In this document: piece by piece, positions 43,703 through 54,343 of the stretch
Position numbering within the stretch: position 1 is the stretch's first letter
Layout of the letters: each line of letters begins with the position of its first letter
DNA from: Longimicrobiales bacterium
GTDB taxonomy: Bacteria; Gemmatimonadota; Gemmatimonadetes; Longimicrobiales; Gaopeijiaceae
Length of the DNA: 64,000 nucleotides
NCBI GenBank assembly: GCA_965218295.1
Contig: CBDCKN010000009.1
Coordinates: 515,091 to 579,090 of the forward strand
Direction of reading: 5' to 3'
Notes under the pieces: model-generated
Database searches by the model: none
The model's input: the letters and a program-made list of their open reading frames with translations, nothing else
Told to the model about the DNA's origin: nothing
Position numbers and translations under genes: made by a program

Positions 43703-44148
43703 GAGTTCGTCCCGTCCTCGAGGCTCAATCCCAGCAGCCCTGCAACTTTTCCCTGGACGTCGATGATCAAGTGCGCCTTCTGGAGCTCCTTCTCGAGGCG
43801 AGTGTTCTCGCGCTCCAGCTTGCGCACCTTCTCCTCCAGCGGATTGCGCTCGCGCTTACGGCCTCGTTTCTTCGACAGCGCTTTCAGGGACCCGCTATGC
43901 GCCGCCTTGCGCCATGTCGTCAGGTGCGACGAGTACAAGCCCTCCCGCCGTAGGAGTCGGCCAACCTCTCCGGGCTCCGTGCACCGGTCCGCTTCTTCGA
44001 CGATCCGCAGCTTGTACGACGGAGCGAACCGCCGGCGCAGCGGCCTATCTACCACCTCCGAGTCCGCAGGAGCTGCCGCGCTTCGCTTACCGTCCCAGGT
44101 TGGTGGGGCTATTCCATTCTCTTTCATTCTCTCTCGGTGTCTCAGCAT
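43699..44148 (-). CDS. IS3 OrfA (HTH + coiled coil)
   Basis: RRRF...YKLRIVEEAD, LLRREGLYSSHL..WR, heptad-rich C-terminus; ATGA overlap with orfB. Confidence 0.9.
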   Translation of the reverse strand: MLRHRERMKENGIAPPTWDGKRSAAAPADSEVVDRPLRRRFAPSYKLRIVEEADRCTEPGEVGRLLRREGLYSSHLTTWRKAAHSGSLKALSKKRGRKRERNPLEEKVRKLERENTRLEKELQKAHLIIDVQGKVAGLLGLSLEDGTNS

Positions 44149-46261
44149 CCTCGGTTTCTCTGCCTTCGCCCTACTCTAATTCCTTAGCTGCTCCGTGTCT
44201 CACGTAAGTTGGCAGAGAGGGCGGGAAGGGGAGGACCGGCCGGGAGCAGAGCCGGTCATCATGATCGGCTACGACCTATGGCAGGACCGTTTCGGGGGCT
44301 CCCGGGAGATCCTGGGAGAAACGGTGCGGGCCAACGGGGTGACACGGACCGTGGTCGGAGTCATGCCCGAGGGCTTCGGGTTTCCCCTGCAAGAGCAGGT
44401 GTGGCTGCCGCTGGAGTTGGACCCGTCGGACACCGATCGCTCGGAGGGGCGAAGATACACTGTGGTGGGGAGGCTCAACCCCTCCACATCTTTGGACGAG
44501 GCGAAGGTACAGATGGCGTCCATCACTTCGCGCCTCGCGCAGGAGTTCCCTGAGAGCAACGAGGGTATCGGTGTGGAGGTGAAGGCGTACACCGAGCGCT
44601 TTCTCGGCCCCGAGATCTACGGGCTCCTGTACACGATGCTCGGTGCGGCGCTCGGCGTACTCATCATCGCGTGCGTGAACGTGACCAACCTTCTGCTGGC
44701 CCGCGCGTCGGTGCGGACGCGGGAGGTGACGGTGCGGGCCGCTCTGGGCGCCAGCCGGGTCCGTTTGATCCAGCAGCTCCTGATCGAGGTGATGATCCTC
44801 GCCCTGATCGGCGGTACGATCGGGGTCGGCTTGGCGTACTTCGGTGTCGAGTGGTTCACGAGGTCGTTGGAATCGAATCCGCCACCCTTCTGGATGGTGT
44901 TCGAACTGGACTTCCCGGTTCTGATCTTCGTGGTCGCGGTGACGTCGTTGTCGGCCCTGGTCTCGGGGCTCGCGCCGGCACTCAAGGCGTCCGGGTCGAA
45001 CATCGTGGAGGCGCTGAAGGACGAGGGTCGCGGCTCTTCGAGCCTGAGCGCGGGCAGGTTCACCGGCGGCCTGGTCATCGCCGAGGTGGCTGTGTCGTGC
45101 GGGCTCTTGATCGCCGCCGGCCTCATGATCAGCAGCGTGGCGAAGCTAAGGACAGTGGATTTGCCCTTCGCCACCGAAAACGTCTTCACCGCCCGGATCA
45201 ACTTGCCGGTGCTCACGTACCCGGATACCACGAGCCGGCTGCAGTTCTACGCCGAGCTCCTCCCCAAGCTGGAGGCGATCCCTGGAGTCGAGGCGGCGAC
45301 GCTGTCCGACGGGTTGCCGGCGTCAGGTAACGGCTCTCGCGTCTTCCAGGTAGAGGGCGAGTCCTACGCGGCCGCTACCGACTATCCGTCCGCCCGCGAG
45401 GGAATCGTGACGCCTGGATATTTCCGGACTTTCCGCACCGAGGTGCTCCAGGGGCGCGCGTTCAGCGTCAACGACCACACGGAGGCCCTTCCGGTCGCCA
45501 TCGTCAACCGGACGTTCGTCCAGAGGTTCTTCCTCGAAGGTGACCCGCTGGGTCGCAGGATCCGCATGGGCCGTGAGGATACCGATGCCGAATGGCTGAC
45601 CGTCGTCGGCGTGGTGCCCGACATGCGCATGGAGGGTTTCGGCAGCGACGACGCCAGCCCTGCCGGCTTCTACATCACCATCGCCCAGAGCGGCGTGGGC
45701 AACTTCGTGAGCATCGCGGTCTACACCCAGGGTCGGCCCATGGCGGTGACCACGGCGGTTCGGGAGACGGTCATGTCCGTCGACTCCAACCTCCCCATCT
45801 TCGACGTGTACGCCATGACGACCGTCGTCGAAAACACGACCTGGTTCTATCGGGTGTTCGGCACATTGTTCATGGCGTTCGGCGCCGCGGCGCTCTTCCT
45901 GGCGTCGGTGGGGCTGTACGGGGTCATGTCCTTCGCTGTGGCCCGGCGCACACAGGAGATGGGCATCCGTATGGCCATGGGAGCCCAGGGCAGCGAGCTC
46001 GTGAAGCTCATGATGAAGAAGGGAATCGTGCAGTTGGTGGTAGGCCTGGTGATCGGTCTGGGCACTGCAGCCCTGGCAGCGGGCCCTCTCCAGTTCGTCC
46101 TGTTCGAGGTGAACGCCCGCGACCCCATGGTCTTCGGTGCGGTGGTAGCCGTCTTGGCCGGGGTGGGAGTGCTCGCGAGCTTCATCCCGGCGCGGCGGGT
46201 GACCACCGTGAATCCGGTGACGGCGCTGACGCCGGAATAGGGAGGACGGACAGGATCCCAG

Positions 46262-46996
46262 TCAGGCCTCGTCGCCCTTAGGGGCAACCCGTCGCGCCTC
46301 GGCGCCGCTCTCCAGGACGGTGGGGCCTTCGGACTGTAGCGCGCCCCGGAGGCGCTGACGCCACGAGGCCCGCTGGACCAAGACCACCTGGATGTAGGGA
46401 TCGGTGCCCTCCACGACGACAAAGTGGATGTCGCCCAGCTCCCCGGGCCGGGGCATCCGGTAGGCCTGGCCTTCCCACGTGAAGTCGATCTCCTCCAGGC
46501 GGTCAAACTCCTCCGCCGTGAGGACCCGCTCGATGTATACCTCGTCCTCCACCCGGTACATCCCCTCGCCCACCGGCTCGCCCCACTGGAAGTACCATGG
46601 ATCGAAGGGCTCGTCCCGCTCTCGCTTGAACGACTCATCCATGGCGTAGTCCATGGCCTCCAAGCCGTCCTCGTCGGCCAGGGACTCGAGGTGGTGCTGA
46701 AGCTCGTGGGTGAGGGTCTCCCAGAGCTCCCCCTCCCAGTCGAATTCTGGATTGTCCTGCGCCATCTGGTGGAAGGAGCCGTAGTAGAGGACCACCCGCG
46801 AGCGAGTGGTCTCGGGGCCCTGCCAATCCGAGTTGTAGGCCTGTGTGAGGCACTCACCGAGCGTGACCACGCCGGGGAGCTCGGGATGGGCCTCCGTCGA
46901 CTCCACGGTCGTGACGCCCTCGATGCCCTCCCGATACGCCTCTGGAATGCTCTGAAAGGCCTTCTGGGCCACGCGGGAGAACTCGTCGTAGGTCAT
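46262..46996 (-). CDS. Zincin-like metallopeptidase family protein
   Basis: ETLTHELQHH (HExxH); N-terminus F...AQKAFQSIP..YR typical of minimal zincins. Confidence 0.75.
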   Translation of the reverse strand: MTYDEFSRVAQKAFQSIPEAYREGIEGVTTVESTEAHPELPGVVTLGECLTQAYNSDWQGPETTRSRVVLYYGSFHQMAQDNPEFDWEGELWETLTHELQHHLESLADEDGLEAMDYAMDESFKRERDEPFDPWYFQWGEPVGEGMYRVEDEVYIERVLTAEEFDRLEEIDFTWEGQAYRMPRPGELGDIHFVVVEGTDPYIQVVLVQRASWRQRLRGALQSEGPTVLESGAEARRVAPKGDEA

Positions 46997-47156
46997 CACG
47001 AGAATCAGGTTGACCCCGGGGGACGATAGCGTCAATTACTCTGCGTAAGCCGCTTCAGCGCTGAGGGAGGGCTATAAGCTCCGAGGCGGTGGCGAGCCCC
47101 GTCCTCGTCTTCGACCAATCGCTCTGAGCGGGCACGTGGAGTCGGATGCGACATCA

Positions 47157-47591
47157 CTAAGGGAGGAACCGAGCACGAACCCTCGCGGACGGGACGGGAC
47201 ACGCGTCGTAACGACCAAAGAGCCGGTACCGCCAATTGGCGAAGAGCGAGTAGGCCCAGTCACGCAGAGGTCGAGGTACCACTCGGCCGATGGCAGCGAT
47301 CGTCCAAACACCGCCGAGGTAGCGGGTTATGCGGATGACGGCTTCTGAGCGCGCAGTCACCAACTCGTGCCCCTTGAGGTCGCGCTCGACCAGGACGAGG
47401 GAATCCACGCCGCGCACCTCCGGGTTACGCTCGAGGACCGCTCGAGCCGTAGCACCTTGGAGCGGTGCGAACTTCATGGCACCGGAGGGGTCGCGTCGGA
47501 GGATGAACTGAACGGTGCCGTCGCAAAACCCGCACAATCCGTCGTAGAGCAGGATCGGAAACGCGTCGGGCCCGTCTTGGACATTCACCAT
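47157..47591 (-). CDS. DCC-family (DUF393) thiol-disulfide oxidoreductase
   Basis: LYDGLCGFC, FAPLQG, RSEAV, PRPLRDWAY..FA..RYRLFG. Confidence 0.9.
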   Translation of the reverse strand: MVNVQDGPDAFPILLYDGLCGFCDGTVQFILRRDPSGAMKFAPLQGATARAVLERNPEVRGVDSLVLVERDLKGHELVTARSEAVIRITRYLGGVWTIAAIGRVVPRPLRDWAYSLFANWRYRLFGRYDACPVPSARVRARFLP

Positions 47592-47768
47592 GTCCGAATG
47601 ATCGATAGAATGCGCGGTCGTGGCAAACCGTGAAGACCCACGCGACTCTCGTTGGTAGGTATACCGATCATCGGTATAAAGTGTTAGTTCCCTCATCTCG
47701 GCTTGAGGATCGGCTCTACCTGCAGGTTCACGGTGATGGGTTGGATAACTGAGAAGGAAGTGCAGCTC

Positions 47769-49523
47769 ATGTCGACCCGAGCCACCTGTCGGGGGACCCG
47801 CCGTGACGGAAGATCGAATCACAGCTCGCGCGCGAGGTCCGGGCATCTCGGCTTGTGGGGCATCTGCTTGGCTCTGGGCGCCTGCCAATCGGGACCCGAT
47901 ATTCGGGCCGATCTCGTGGTACTGAATGGGAACGTGATCACGGTCGACGGCACCCGTCCAAGAGCCGAGGCCTTCGCGGTCCTCGGAGACAAGTTCATCG
48001 CTGTGGGTTCCACGTCGCAGATCCGCCGCTGGGTGGGTGAATCTACGACGGTGATCGACGCGGAAGGACGCACCATCACTCCTGGTTTCATCGACGCGCA
48101 CATGCATCCTCGGCCCACGTATCCGGAGTCGTCTCCCCTCGCTACGGTGGATCTTCGCCCCGCCAGCGTCGCTTCGATGGCCGATGTGATCGATGCGCTC
48201 GCGGCCAAGGCAGCGCTGGTTCCGGAGGGCCAGTGGATTCGGGGCGTCCGTTACGAGGACACGAAGCTCGGCCGACACCCCACGCGAGCGGATCTGGATC
48301 AGGCTTCCAGCAGACACCCCATCTACCTCACGCACTCGAGTGGTCACCTCGGGGTTTCGAACTCCTTCGTACTGAGGGCCGCCGGGATCACCCGGGACAC
48401 GCCGGACCCTCCCGGAGGAGCGTTCGATCGAGGGGACGATGGAGCACCGAACGGCGTCTGTCGTGAGGTCGCCTGCCGTGTGCTCCGCCAAGCCGTGCCC
48501 GAGACTCCTATCACGAGGCAGGACGAAGTGGAGGGGATCCAGCGGACGCTCCGGCAGTTCGCAAAGACCGGGATCACGACGGTCGTCGACGCGGGGGGAA
48601 CCCCCGAGAAACTGGGTCTGTTCCGCGCGGCAGTGGGTCCGGGATCTCCCGTTCGCGTGGTCATGATGGTCCTCAGTGAGTACCTCGATGAATTCCGGGC
48701 GGGAGGACTCGGCACGGGCTTCGGGGATCCTTGGGTCAAGGTCGGGCCCATCAAAGCGCATCACGGCAATTCCCTATCGGGGAGAACCGCCTGGCTCTTC
48801 GAGCCCTACGACATGGTCAATCCGGCCACGGGGGAGCGAGACTACTACGGGATTCCGCCCGATCAGACCCAGAGCGAGTTGGATTCCCTGATCTTCACGA
48901 TCCACGAGGCGGGATTCCAGGTGGGTGTGCACTCGAACGGTGACCGGGAGATCACGATGCTTCTCGAGGTGTTCGAGAAGGCTCTCGCCAGGCTGCCCAG
49001 ACCGGACCACAGGCACCGAATCGAGCATTCCAGCGTGGTGAGTCCCGTCATTCTCCAGAAGGCGAGCGAGCTCGAGCTCGTCCTCGTTCTCCACTCGTAT
49101 GTCTACGAGCACGGCGACAAGATGGAGGCGTTCGGTGTCGATCGATGGGGCATGATGCATGCCAACCGGTTGGCGCTCGACATGGGCATCCCTGTAGCCG
49201 GTAATTCGGACTACGGGGTCAGCGCTGCGATTCCGATGCTTCGCATTCAGAGCATGGCGACGCGCACGAGCGCGGAAGGGAAGGTCTACGGCCCCGAGCA
49301 GAGGATATCGCCCGAAGAGGCGATCCGGGTATGGACGATGGGAAGCGCCTTTTCGGTGTTCGAGGAAGACATCAAGGGATCGATCGAGGCAGGGAAGTTG
49401 GCGGACTTCGTGATTCTGTCGACCGACCCGACCGCGGTACCCGTCGACGAGATCAAGGATATCGTGGTGCACACGACGGTCGTCGGTGGCAGGATCGTGT
49501 ACGAAAGGAACCAGGGGAGCTAG
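47769..49523 (+). CDS. YtcJ-like amidohydrolase (Amidohydro_3), probable lipoprotein
   Basis: LALGAC lipobox; PGFIDAHMH, SGH...NS, VHSNGD, RHRIEH, NSD, GSIEAGKLADFV. Ends 7 nt before phnX. Confidence 0.88.
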   Translation: MSTRATCRGTRRDGRSNHSSRARSGHLGLWGICLALGACQSGPDIRADLVVLNGNVITVDGTRPRAEAFAVLGDKFIAVGSTSQIRRWVGESTTVIDAEGRTITPGFIDAHMHPRPTYPESSPLATVDLRPASVASMADVIDALAAKAALVPEGQWIRGVRYEDTKLGRHPTRADLDQASSRHPIYLTHSSGHLGVSNSFVLRAAGITRDTPDPPGGAFDRGDDGAPNGVCREVACRVLRQAVPETPITRQDEVEGIQRTLRQFAKTGITTVVDAGGTPEKLGLFRAAVGPGSPVRVVMMVLSEYLDEFRAGGLGTGFGDPWVKVGPIKAHHGNSLSGRTAWLFEPYDMVNPATGERDYYGIPPDQTQSELDSLIFTIHEAGFQVGVHSNGDREITMLLEVFEKALARLPRPDHRHRIEHSSVVSPVILQKASELELVLVLHSYVYEHGDKMEAFGVDRWGMMHANRLALDMGIPVAGNSDYGVSAAIPMLRIQSMATRTSAEGKVYGPEQRISPEEAIRVWTMGSAFSVFEEDIKGSIEAGKLADFVILSTDPTAVPVDEIKDIVVHTTVVGGRIVYERNQGS

Positions 49524-49530
49524 TACGACG

Positions 49531-50370
49531 ATGACATTCACCTACGCTCGCCGCTATCGAGGTCCACTGAAGGCGGTGATCCTGGACTGGGCCGGGACCA
49601 CGCTGGACTACGGGTGCTACGCCCCGGCAGTCGTCTTCACAGAGGTATTCAAGCGCCAGGGCGTCGAGATCTCCATGGAGGAAGCGCGTGAGCCTATGGG
49701 CGCCCACAAGAAGGTGCACATCCGTAGAATCTCCGAGAATCCGGACGTGGCCGAGCGTTGGGAAGAAGCGCACGGCCGGCTCCCAACGGAAGAGGACGTC
49801 GTGGCCATGTTCGAGGAGTTCGTTCCCCTGCAGCTGGACTGCCTCGCCGACTATGCCGAGCTCATCCCCGGTACCCTCGACTTCGTAGCCGAAGCACGCG
49901 ATCGGGGTTTGAAGATAGGATCGACCACCGGCTACACCGTCGAGATGATGGACCTGATCAAGAAGGAGGCCGCCCAGCGCGGATACGAACCCGATCACAG
50001 TGTATCCGCGGCCGAGGTCCCCGAGGGACGGCCGGCGCCTTGGATGTGCCTGGAGAACGCGAAGCACCTCGGAGCCTACCCCCTCGAGTCGATAGTGAAG
50101 GTCGACGACACGTTGCCGGGCATCGAGGAGGGCATCAACGCCGGGATGTGGACGGTCGGCCTGGCCAAGTCGGGCAACGAGATCGGCCTGACGGAGAGTG
50201 AGATCGAGGCTCTGACGGCAGACGATTATGGGCGCCGTATCACCCAGGCATACGCGCGAATGCAGCGGGCGGGCGCCGACTACGTCATCGACGGCATCTG
50301 GGACCTGATGCCGTGCCTCGACGACATCGAGGCTCGACTCGCCAGGGGCGAACGCCCCCAGCACGGCTAG
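49531..50370 (+). CDS. phnX: Phosphonoacetaldehyde hydrolase (phosphonatase)
   Basis: [22 protein letters not shown] (Schiff-base Lys), STTGY, GRPAPWM, KVDDT..GIEEG.NAGMW. Confidence 0.96.
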   Translation: MTFTYARRYRGPLKAVILDWAGTTLDYGCYAPAVVFTEVFKRQGVEISMEEAREPMGAHKKVHIRRISENPDVAERWEEAHGRLPTEEDVVAMFEEFVPLQLDCLADYAELIPGTLDFVAEARDRGLKIGSTTGYTVEMMDLIKKEAAQRGYEPDHSVSAAEVPEGRPAPWMCLENAKHLGAYPLESIVKVDDTLPGIEEGINAGMWTVGLAKSGNEIGLTESEIEALTADDYGRRITQAYARMQRAGADYVIDGIWDLMPCLDDIEARLARGERPQHG

Positions 50371-50374
50371 CGCG

Positions 50375-51472
50375 GTGGTCGAGAATCCTTATCTGCTTCT
50401 CACCCCCGGACCGCTCAGCACTACCCTGAGCGTGAAGGAGGTCATGCTCCGCGACTGGTGCACTTGGGACGACGACTACAACCGGGGCGTCGTTCAAGTC
50501 ATCCGAGGCAAGCTGGTCGAGCTGGCCACACGGGCCGAGGGATACACGAGCGTGCTAATGCAGGGGAGCGGCACGTTCGTCGTTGAGGCGACGGTGGGTA
50601 CCGCGATCGCCGGTGACGGAAAGTTGCTCGTCCTGAGCAACGGTGCGTACGGACAGCGCATGGCTCGGATCGCCCAAGTGCTGGCGATCGACCACACGGT
50701 AATCGACAGCGGCGAGCTTGATACCCCCGATCCACACCACGTCGACAAGACTCTGGCCGAGGATCCCGCCATCACCCACGTGGCCATGGTCCACGGAGAG
50801 ACCGCAACCGGAATGCTCAACCCCATTGCTGCCGTGGGTGAGGTGGTCCGACGCCGGGATCGCGTCTTCATCGTAGATGCCATGAGCACCTTCGGTGGGA
50901 TCCCGTTGGATCTCGATGAGATCGGCATTGATTTCCTGGTGAGTAGCGCCAACAAGTGCATCCAGGGCGTTCCCGGGTTCGGCTTCGTCCTTGCCAGGGA
51001 GAGCGCTCTGGCTGAATGCGAAGGCCGGGCGCGGTCTCTGGCGCTGGACCTGTACGACCAATGGCGGGTGATGGAGGAGGAATCCGGAAAGTGGCGCTTC
51101 ACCTCGCCCACGCACACGGTGCGAGCCTTCGCCCAGGCGCTAATCGAGCTCGAGGACGAGGGCGGCGTTGAGAAGCGCGGCGAGCGGTACAAGGAGAATC
51201 ACCGCGTCCTCGTCGAAGGGATGGAGCGCCTCGGATTCCGGTGTTTCCTGAGCGAGTCAAAGCAGTCTCCGATCATCACCGCCTTTCACGACCCGGAAGA
51301 GAGCACCTACGAGTTCAACAGATTTTACGCCGATCTCAAGAGAAAGGGCTTCGTCATCTATCCGGGAAAGGTGACCGAGGCCGACACCTTCCGCATCGGA
51401 ACGATCGGACACGTGTTCCCTAGTGACATACGGTCGCTGATCGCCGCCATCGAAGACTCGATCTACTGGTGA
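50375..51472 (+). CDS. phnW: 2-aminoethylphosphonate:pyruvate transaminase
   Basis: [52 protein letters not shown]. Confidence 0.96.
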   Translation: MVENPYLLLTPGPLSTTLSVKEVMLRDWCTWDDDYNRGVVQVIRGKLVELATRAEGYTSVLMQGSGTFVVEATVGTAIAGDGKLLVLSNGAYGQRMARIAQVLAIDHTVIDSGELDTPDPHHVDKTLAEDPAITHVAMVHGETATGMLNPIAAVGEVVRRRDRVFIVDAMSTFGGIPLDLDEIGIDFLVSSANKCIQGVPGFGFVLARESALAECEGRARSLALDLYDQWRVMEEESGKWRFTSPTHTVRAFAQALIELEDEGGVEKRGERYKENHRVLVEGMERLGFRCFLSESKQSPIITAFHDPEESTYEFNRFYADLKRKGFVIYPGKVTEADTFRIGTIGHVFPSDIRSLIAAIEDSIYW

Positions 51473-51476
51473 TACC

Positions 51477-52833
51477 ATAGCTGCGCCGAGGACGGATCCG
51501 GTCTACGAGCGCTGGCGCTGGCGGATCTTCGGCATCACCTGGCTCGCCTACGCCGGGTTCTACTTTACGCGCAGGGGATTCTCGGTGGCCAAGCTCGGGC
51601 TTCTCGAGGACCCTGCGGTCGGGCTCTCGCCGGTCATGGCAAGCAACATCGACATCGCGTTCAGCGTCGCGTACGGTGTGGGCCAGTTCCTGTGGGGCAT
51701 GTCCGCCGACCGATTCGGCCCCCGGAGAGTGGTGCTCGGGGGGATGCTCGCCTCGAGCGTCGTCGCCGTGGCCATGGGGCTTTCCTCGACGGTCGTTCTC
51801 CTCGGCATCTTCTTCTTCATCCAAGGTCTTTGCGAATCCACCGGGTGGGCGCCCCTGACCAAGAACATGGGATTCTGGTTCTCCACTAAGGAGAGGGGCC
51901 GGGTAATGGGCTTCTGGTGCACGAGCTACGCCTTTGGCGGGGATGGTTGCATCCCCGTTTGCAGGGTACGTCGCCTACTCGATCTTCGACGATTGGCGTT
52001 GGGCGTTCTTTTCGGGCGCCGCCGTGCTCTTCCTGATTTGGATTCCCTTCTACTTTTTCCAGCGCGATCGGCCCCGATTTTTCCAGCGCGATCGGCCCCG
52101 AGATGTGGGGCTCGAAAAGATCGAGGAGTATCACGGCGAGCGGATGGCCGTAGTCGATGCCCGCGACGCACTCGAGGAGGAGAAGGAGGGATCCTGGGAG
52201 CTCATCGGCAAAGTATTCCGCAGTCCTCCCGTGCTGGTCATGGCAGTGGTCTACTTCCTCTTGAAGCCGGTACGATACGCGATCCTCTTCTGGGGTCCTG
52301 TCATCGCAAGTGAGCGAATCGCTTCCAACAGCTTCGCCCTCGCAGCCACTCTTCCCGCGGCGTTTGAGGCAGCCGGTCTCGTAGCGCCGATCGCCATCGG
52401 GTTCGTTTCCGACAAGCTCTTCCAAGCGCGCCGGTTTCCGGCTTGCGTGGTCAGCCTTCTGCTCCTGTCGATCGTCCTTCTCCTCTTCGGACCGCTGACG
52501 AGCTCCGGCAGCAGCGGGGGGATACTCGTCGCATTCTTCTTGGTCGGCTTATTCCTGTACGGTCCGGACTCGATGGTGAGTGCGACGGCCGCCGTCGATT
52601 TCGGGACTGCGAAGGGCGCAGGAAGCGCAGCCGGCTTCATCAACGGGTGGGGCTCGTTCGGACAGATCCTGGGCGTCGCCCTCCCAGGCTATCTCATGGC
52701 TTGGTTCCCAGGCGCCGACACCACCGTCATTCTCTTCTACGGCTTCTCCGCCGCCGCTCTCGTCGCCGGCCTACTCCTCATACCGCTGTGGAACCGGGTG
52801 CCTCCCACGGGGAGAGGGCAGTCGGAGGAATGA
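51477..52833 (+). pseudogene. Organophosphate:Pi antiporter-family MFS transporter (GlpT/UhpT/AepP-like); ATA at the expected start, frameshift near 51940
   Basis: RWRIFGITWLAYAGFYFTRR, YGVGQF, STGWAP, ERGRVMGFW; second frame has KPVRYAILFW, YGPDSM, AAGFING. Confidence 0.8.
52054..52101 (+). repeat. Perfect 24-bp tandem duplication (FFQRDRPR x2) in the MFS central loop
   Basis: TTTTTCCAGCGCGATCGGCCCCGA at 52054-52077 and 52078-52101. Confidence 0.95.
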
Positions 52834-52920
52834 AGGGCCGACACGAAGATGATGGTTCCGGTCATGGTGACCCATAGAGGCGAGCCCGTGATCTGGACAG
52901 CGCTGTCGAGCGGGCCGGCC

Positions 52921-52947
52921 TGTCACAATCGGGCCGGCTCGCTCGTT
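52921..52947 (+). promoter_or_regulatory. ECF-type promoter TGTCACA-N16-CGTT upstream of the ECF sigma gene
   Basis: TGTCACA ATCGGGCCGGCTCGCT CGTT, about 100 nt before the sigma start. Confidence 0.7.
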
Positions 52948-53049
52948 CTATCTCCGGGCTTTGGCTGGCGCGGCCCTTGCCCCGCACGAGGCGCCCGGGT
53001 CAAATCCTTGCGGTTGGATTGAAGCGCACCTCCGGGGATCCTGATCCAC

Positions 53050-53553
53050 GTGAACTTCGAAAAGACATTCGACGAGTTGCACCCGGGGCTGTTCCGGTAC
53101 TGTCACCGGCTGACCGGTGACGCGGATGTTGCCGACGATGTGGCACAGGAGGCCTTCGTCAGGCTCTACGACCATCGGGTCGAGGGCGATGAGCGCGGTG
53201 TGCGCGCGTGGCTCTTCCGCACGGCGACGCACCTGGTGCGCGACCGCTACCGCGTCGCCGAGAACCGAAGACGGCTTCTCGAGGCGAATCCGGTCCAACC
53301 GGCGGCCCTCGAGCAGCCGGACCGAGGCGTTCAAAGAAAGGAAGACGTGGCAAGAGTACGGATGGCCCTGGAGGGCCTGAACGAGCGTGACCGGGAAATG
53401 CTGCTGGCACGATACGAAGGGTTCAGCTACCGCGAGATCGCCGAAGCGTTCGACGTGGCGCCGGGATCGGTGGGTACGCTGCTTGCACGGGCCGAGAGGC
53501 GCTTCATAAGCGCCTATGAGCCCGCAAAGGAGAACGATGACGCATCTGGGTGA
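53050..53553 (+). CDS. ECF RNA polymerase sigma factor
   Basis: 167 aa; ADDVAQEAF..L, AWLFRTA (region 2); GFSYREIA...V..GSVGTLLARA (region 4). Confidence 0.93.
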   Translation: MNFEKTFDELHPGLFRYCHRLTGDADVADDVAQEAFVRLYDHRVEGDERGVRAWLFRTATHLVRDRYRVAENRRRLLEANPVQPAALEQPDRGVQRKEDVARVRMALEGLNERDREMLLARYEGFSYREIAEAFDVAPGSVGTLLARAERRFISAYEPAKENDDASG

Positions 53554-54310
53554 GGGACGACTGCGGACTCTGCTCGACGGTGAGCTGAGCGACAGCGACG
53601 CGGAATCCGCGCGAGCACATCTCGACGAGTGTGACAGCTGCCAGGCACTCTTCACGGGGCTCGGGGAGGCGAGCACCGTAGTTGGTGTGGCCCTCCGGCA
53701 CCTCGACACGGTCGCGCCCCCGGCGGGGGCGAAGGAGTCCGTCCTGGCCCGGGTCAGTATGGGCTCCGGAGATGCGCGGGAAGCGCGCTTCACCTTCGCC
53801 CGAGCCGCCATCATCGTCCTCTTCTTCGGTGCCGTCGTGGCAACGGCCCTGCCTGCCTCGCCGGTCCGTGGGTGGTTCGCCGCTGGCTGGGATCGCGCCG
53901 TGGAGCTCTTCACGGGAACGGCAGCAGACGAGAGTGCCGCACTGCCGGCGGACAGTGCCCTCTCGGCCCAGACACCCGAGTCGGCCGGCGTTCGCCTCGA
54001 GGTGGAGACCGGGGAGCTCCTCGTCCTACTCCAGGATATCGAGCCAGGGACCGTGCTGGATGTACGCTTCGTGGACGGATTTCAGGCCGCTGCGTTCGCC
54101 GCCCAGCCCGCGCGCTTTCGCACCGCGGAGGGGCGTATCGAGGTCATTGGGGGCTCGGGCCGGATACGCGTCGACATTCCGAGGTCTGTGGACGTGGTAT
54201 CCATACAGGTGAATGGGCGTATGTACATTAGAAAGGCCGGGGATGAGCTCGACGTGGCAGGCCCGATCGTCGCGCAGACGCCCGGCGAGATCCTCTTGAG
54301 GGTCCAATAG
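53537..54310 (+). CDS. Zinc-binding anti-sigma factor (ZAS) with TM helix and periplasmic beta domain
   Basis: LDGEL...HLDECDSC (HxxxCxxC), hydrophobic AAIIVLFFGAVVATAL; AAGGAG RBS; overlaps the sigma gene. Confidence 0.85.
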   Translation: MTHLGEGRLRTLLDGELSDSDAESARAHLDECDSCQALFTGLGEASTVVGVALRHLDTVAPPAGAKESVLARVSMGSGDAREARFTFARAAIIVLFFGAVVATALPASPVRGWFAAGWDRAVELFTGTAADESAALPADSALSAQTPESAGVRLEVETGELLVLLQDIEPGTVLDVRFVDGFQAAAFAAQPARFRTAEGRIEVIGGSGRIRVDIPRSVDVVSIQVNGRMYIRKAGDELDVAGPIVAQTPGEILLRVQ

Positions 54311-54343
54311 TCTCGAGGCGCGAGTCCGGAGATACGCAGACCG

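Larger units (their letters stand above)
42655..44221 (-). mobile_element. IS3-family element, copy 1 (1567 bp)
   Basis: Near-identical to 61462-63028. Imperfect 20-bp IRs at 42662-42681 and 44195-44214 plus 7-bp outer extensions. 3-bp duplication CGG at 42652-42654 and 44222-44224. Confidence 0.95.
42241..46240 (+). pseudogene. MacB/FtsX-type duplicated ABC permease (ADOP-like) interrupted by IS3
   Basis: DLRFGFRML.KQP, LGIG.TT.VFS; PILGRGFR|EGEDRPG rejoins in frame; IACVNVTNLLLAR, RRTQEMGIRMAMGA. Confidence 0.92.

Noticed and set aside
47592..48764. Long antisense or alternative-frame ORFs (e.g. 5' part of 47157..48764-, 4642..6300-, 6266..7405+, 15376..16530-, 38984..40183-, 56474..57508+)
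   Set aside because: Shadow ORFs expected in high-GC DNA, opposite or overlapping genes with clear family motifs. Only the 3' ends of 47157..48764 (DCC protein) and 4642..6300 (amidohydrolase fragment) look real.
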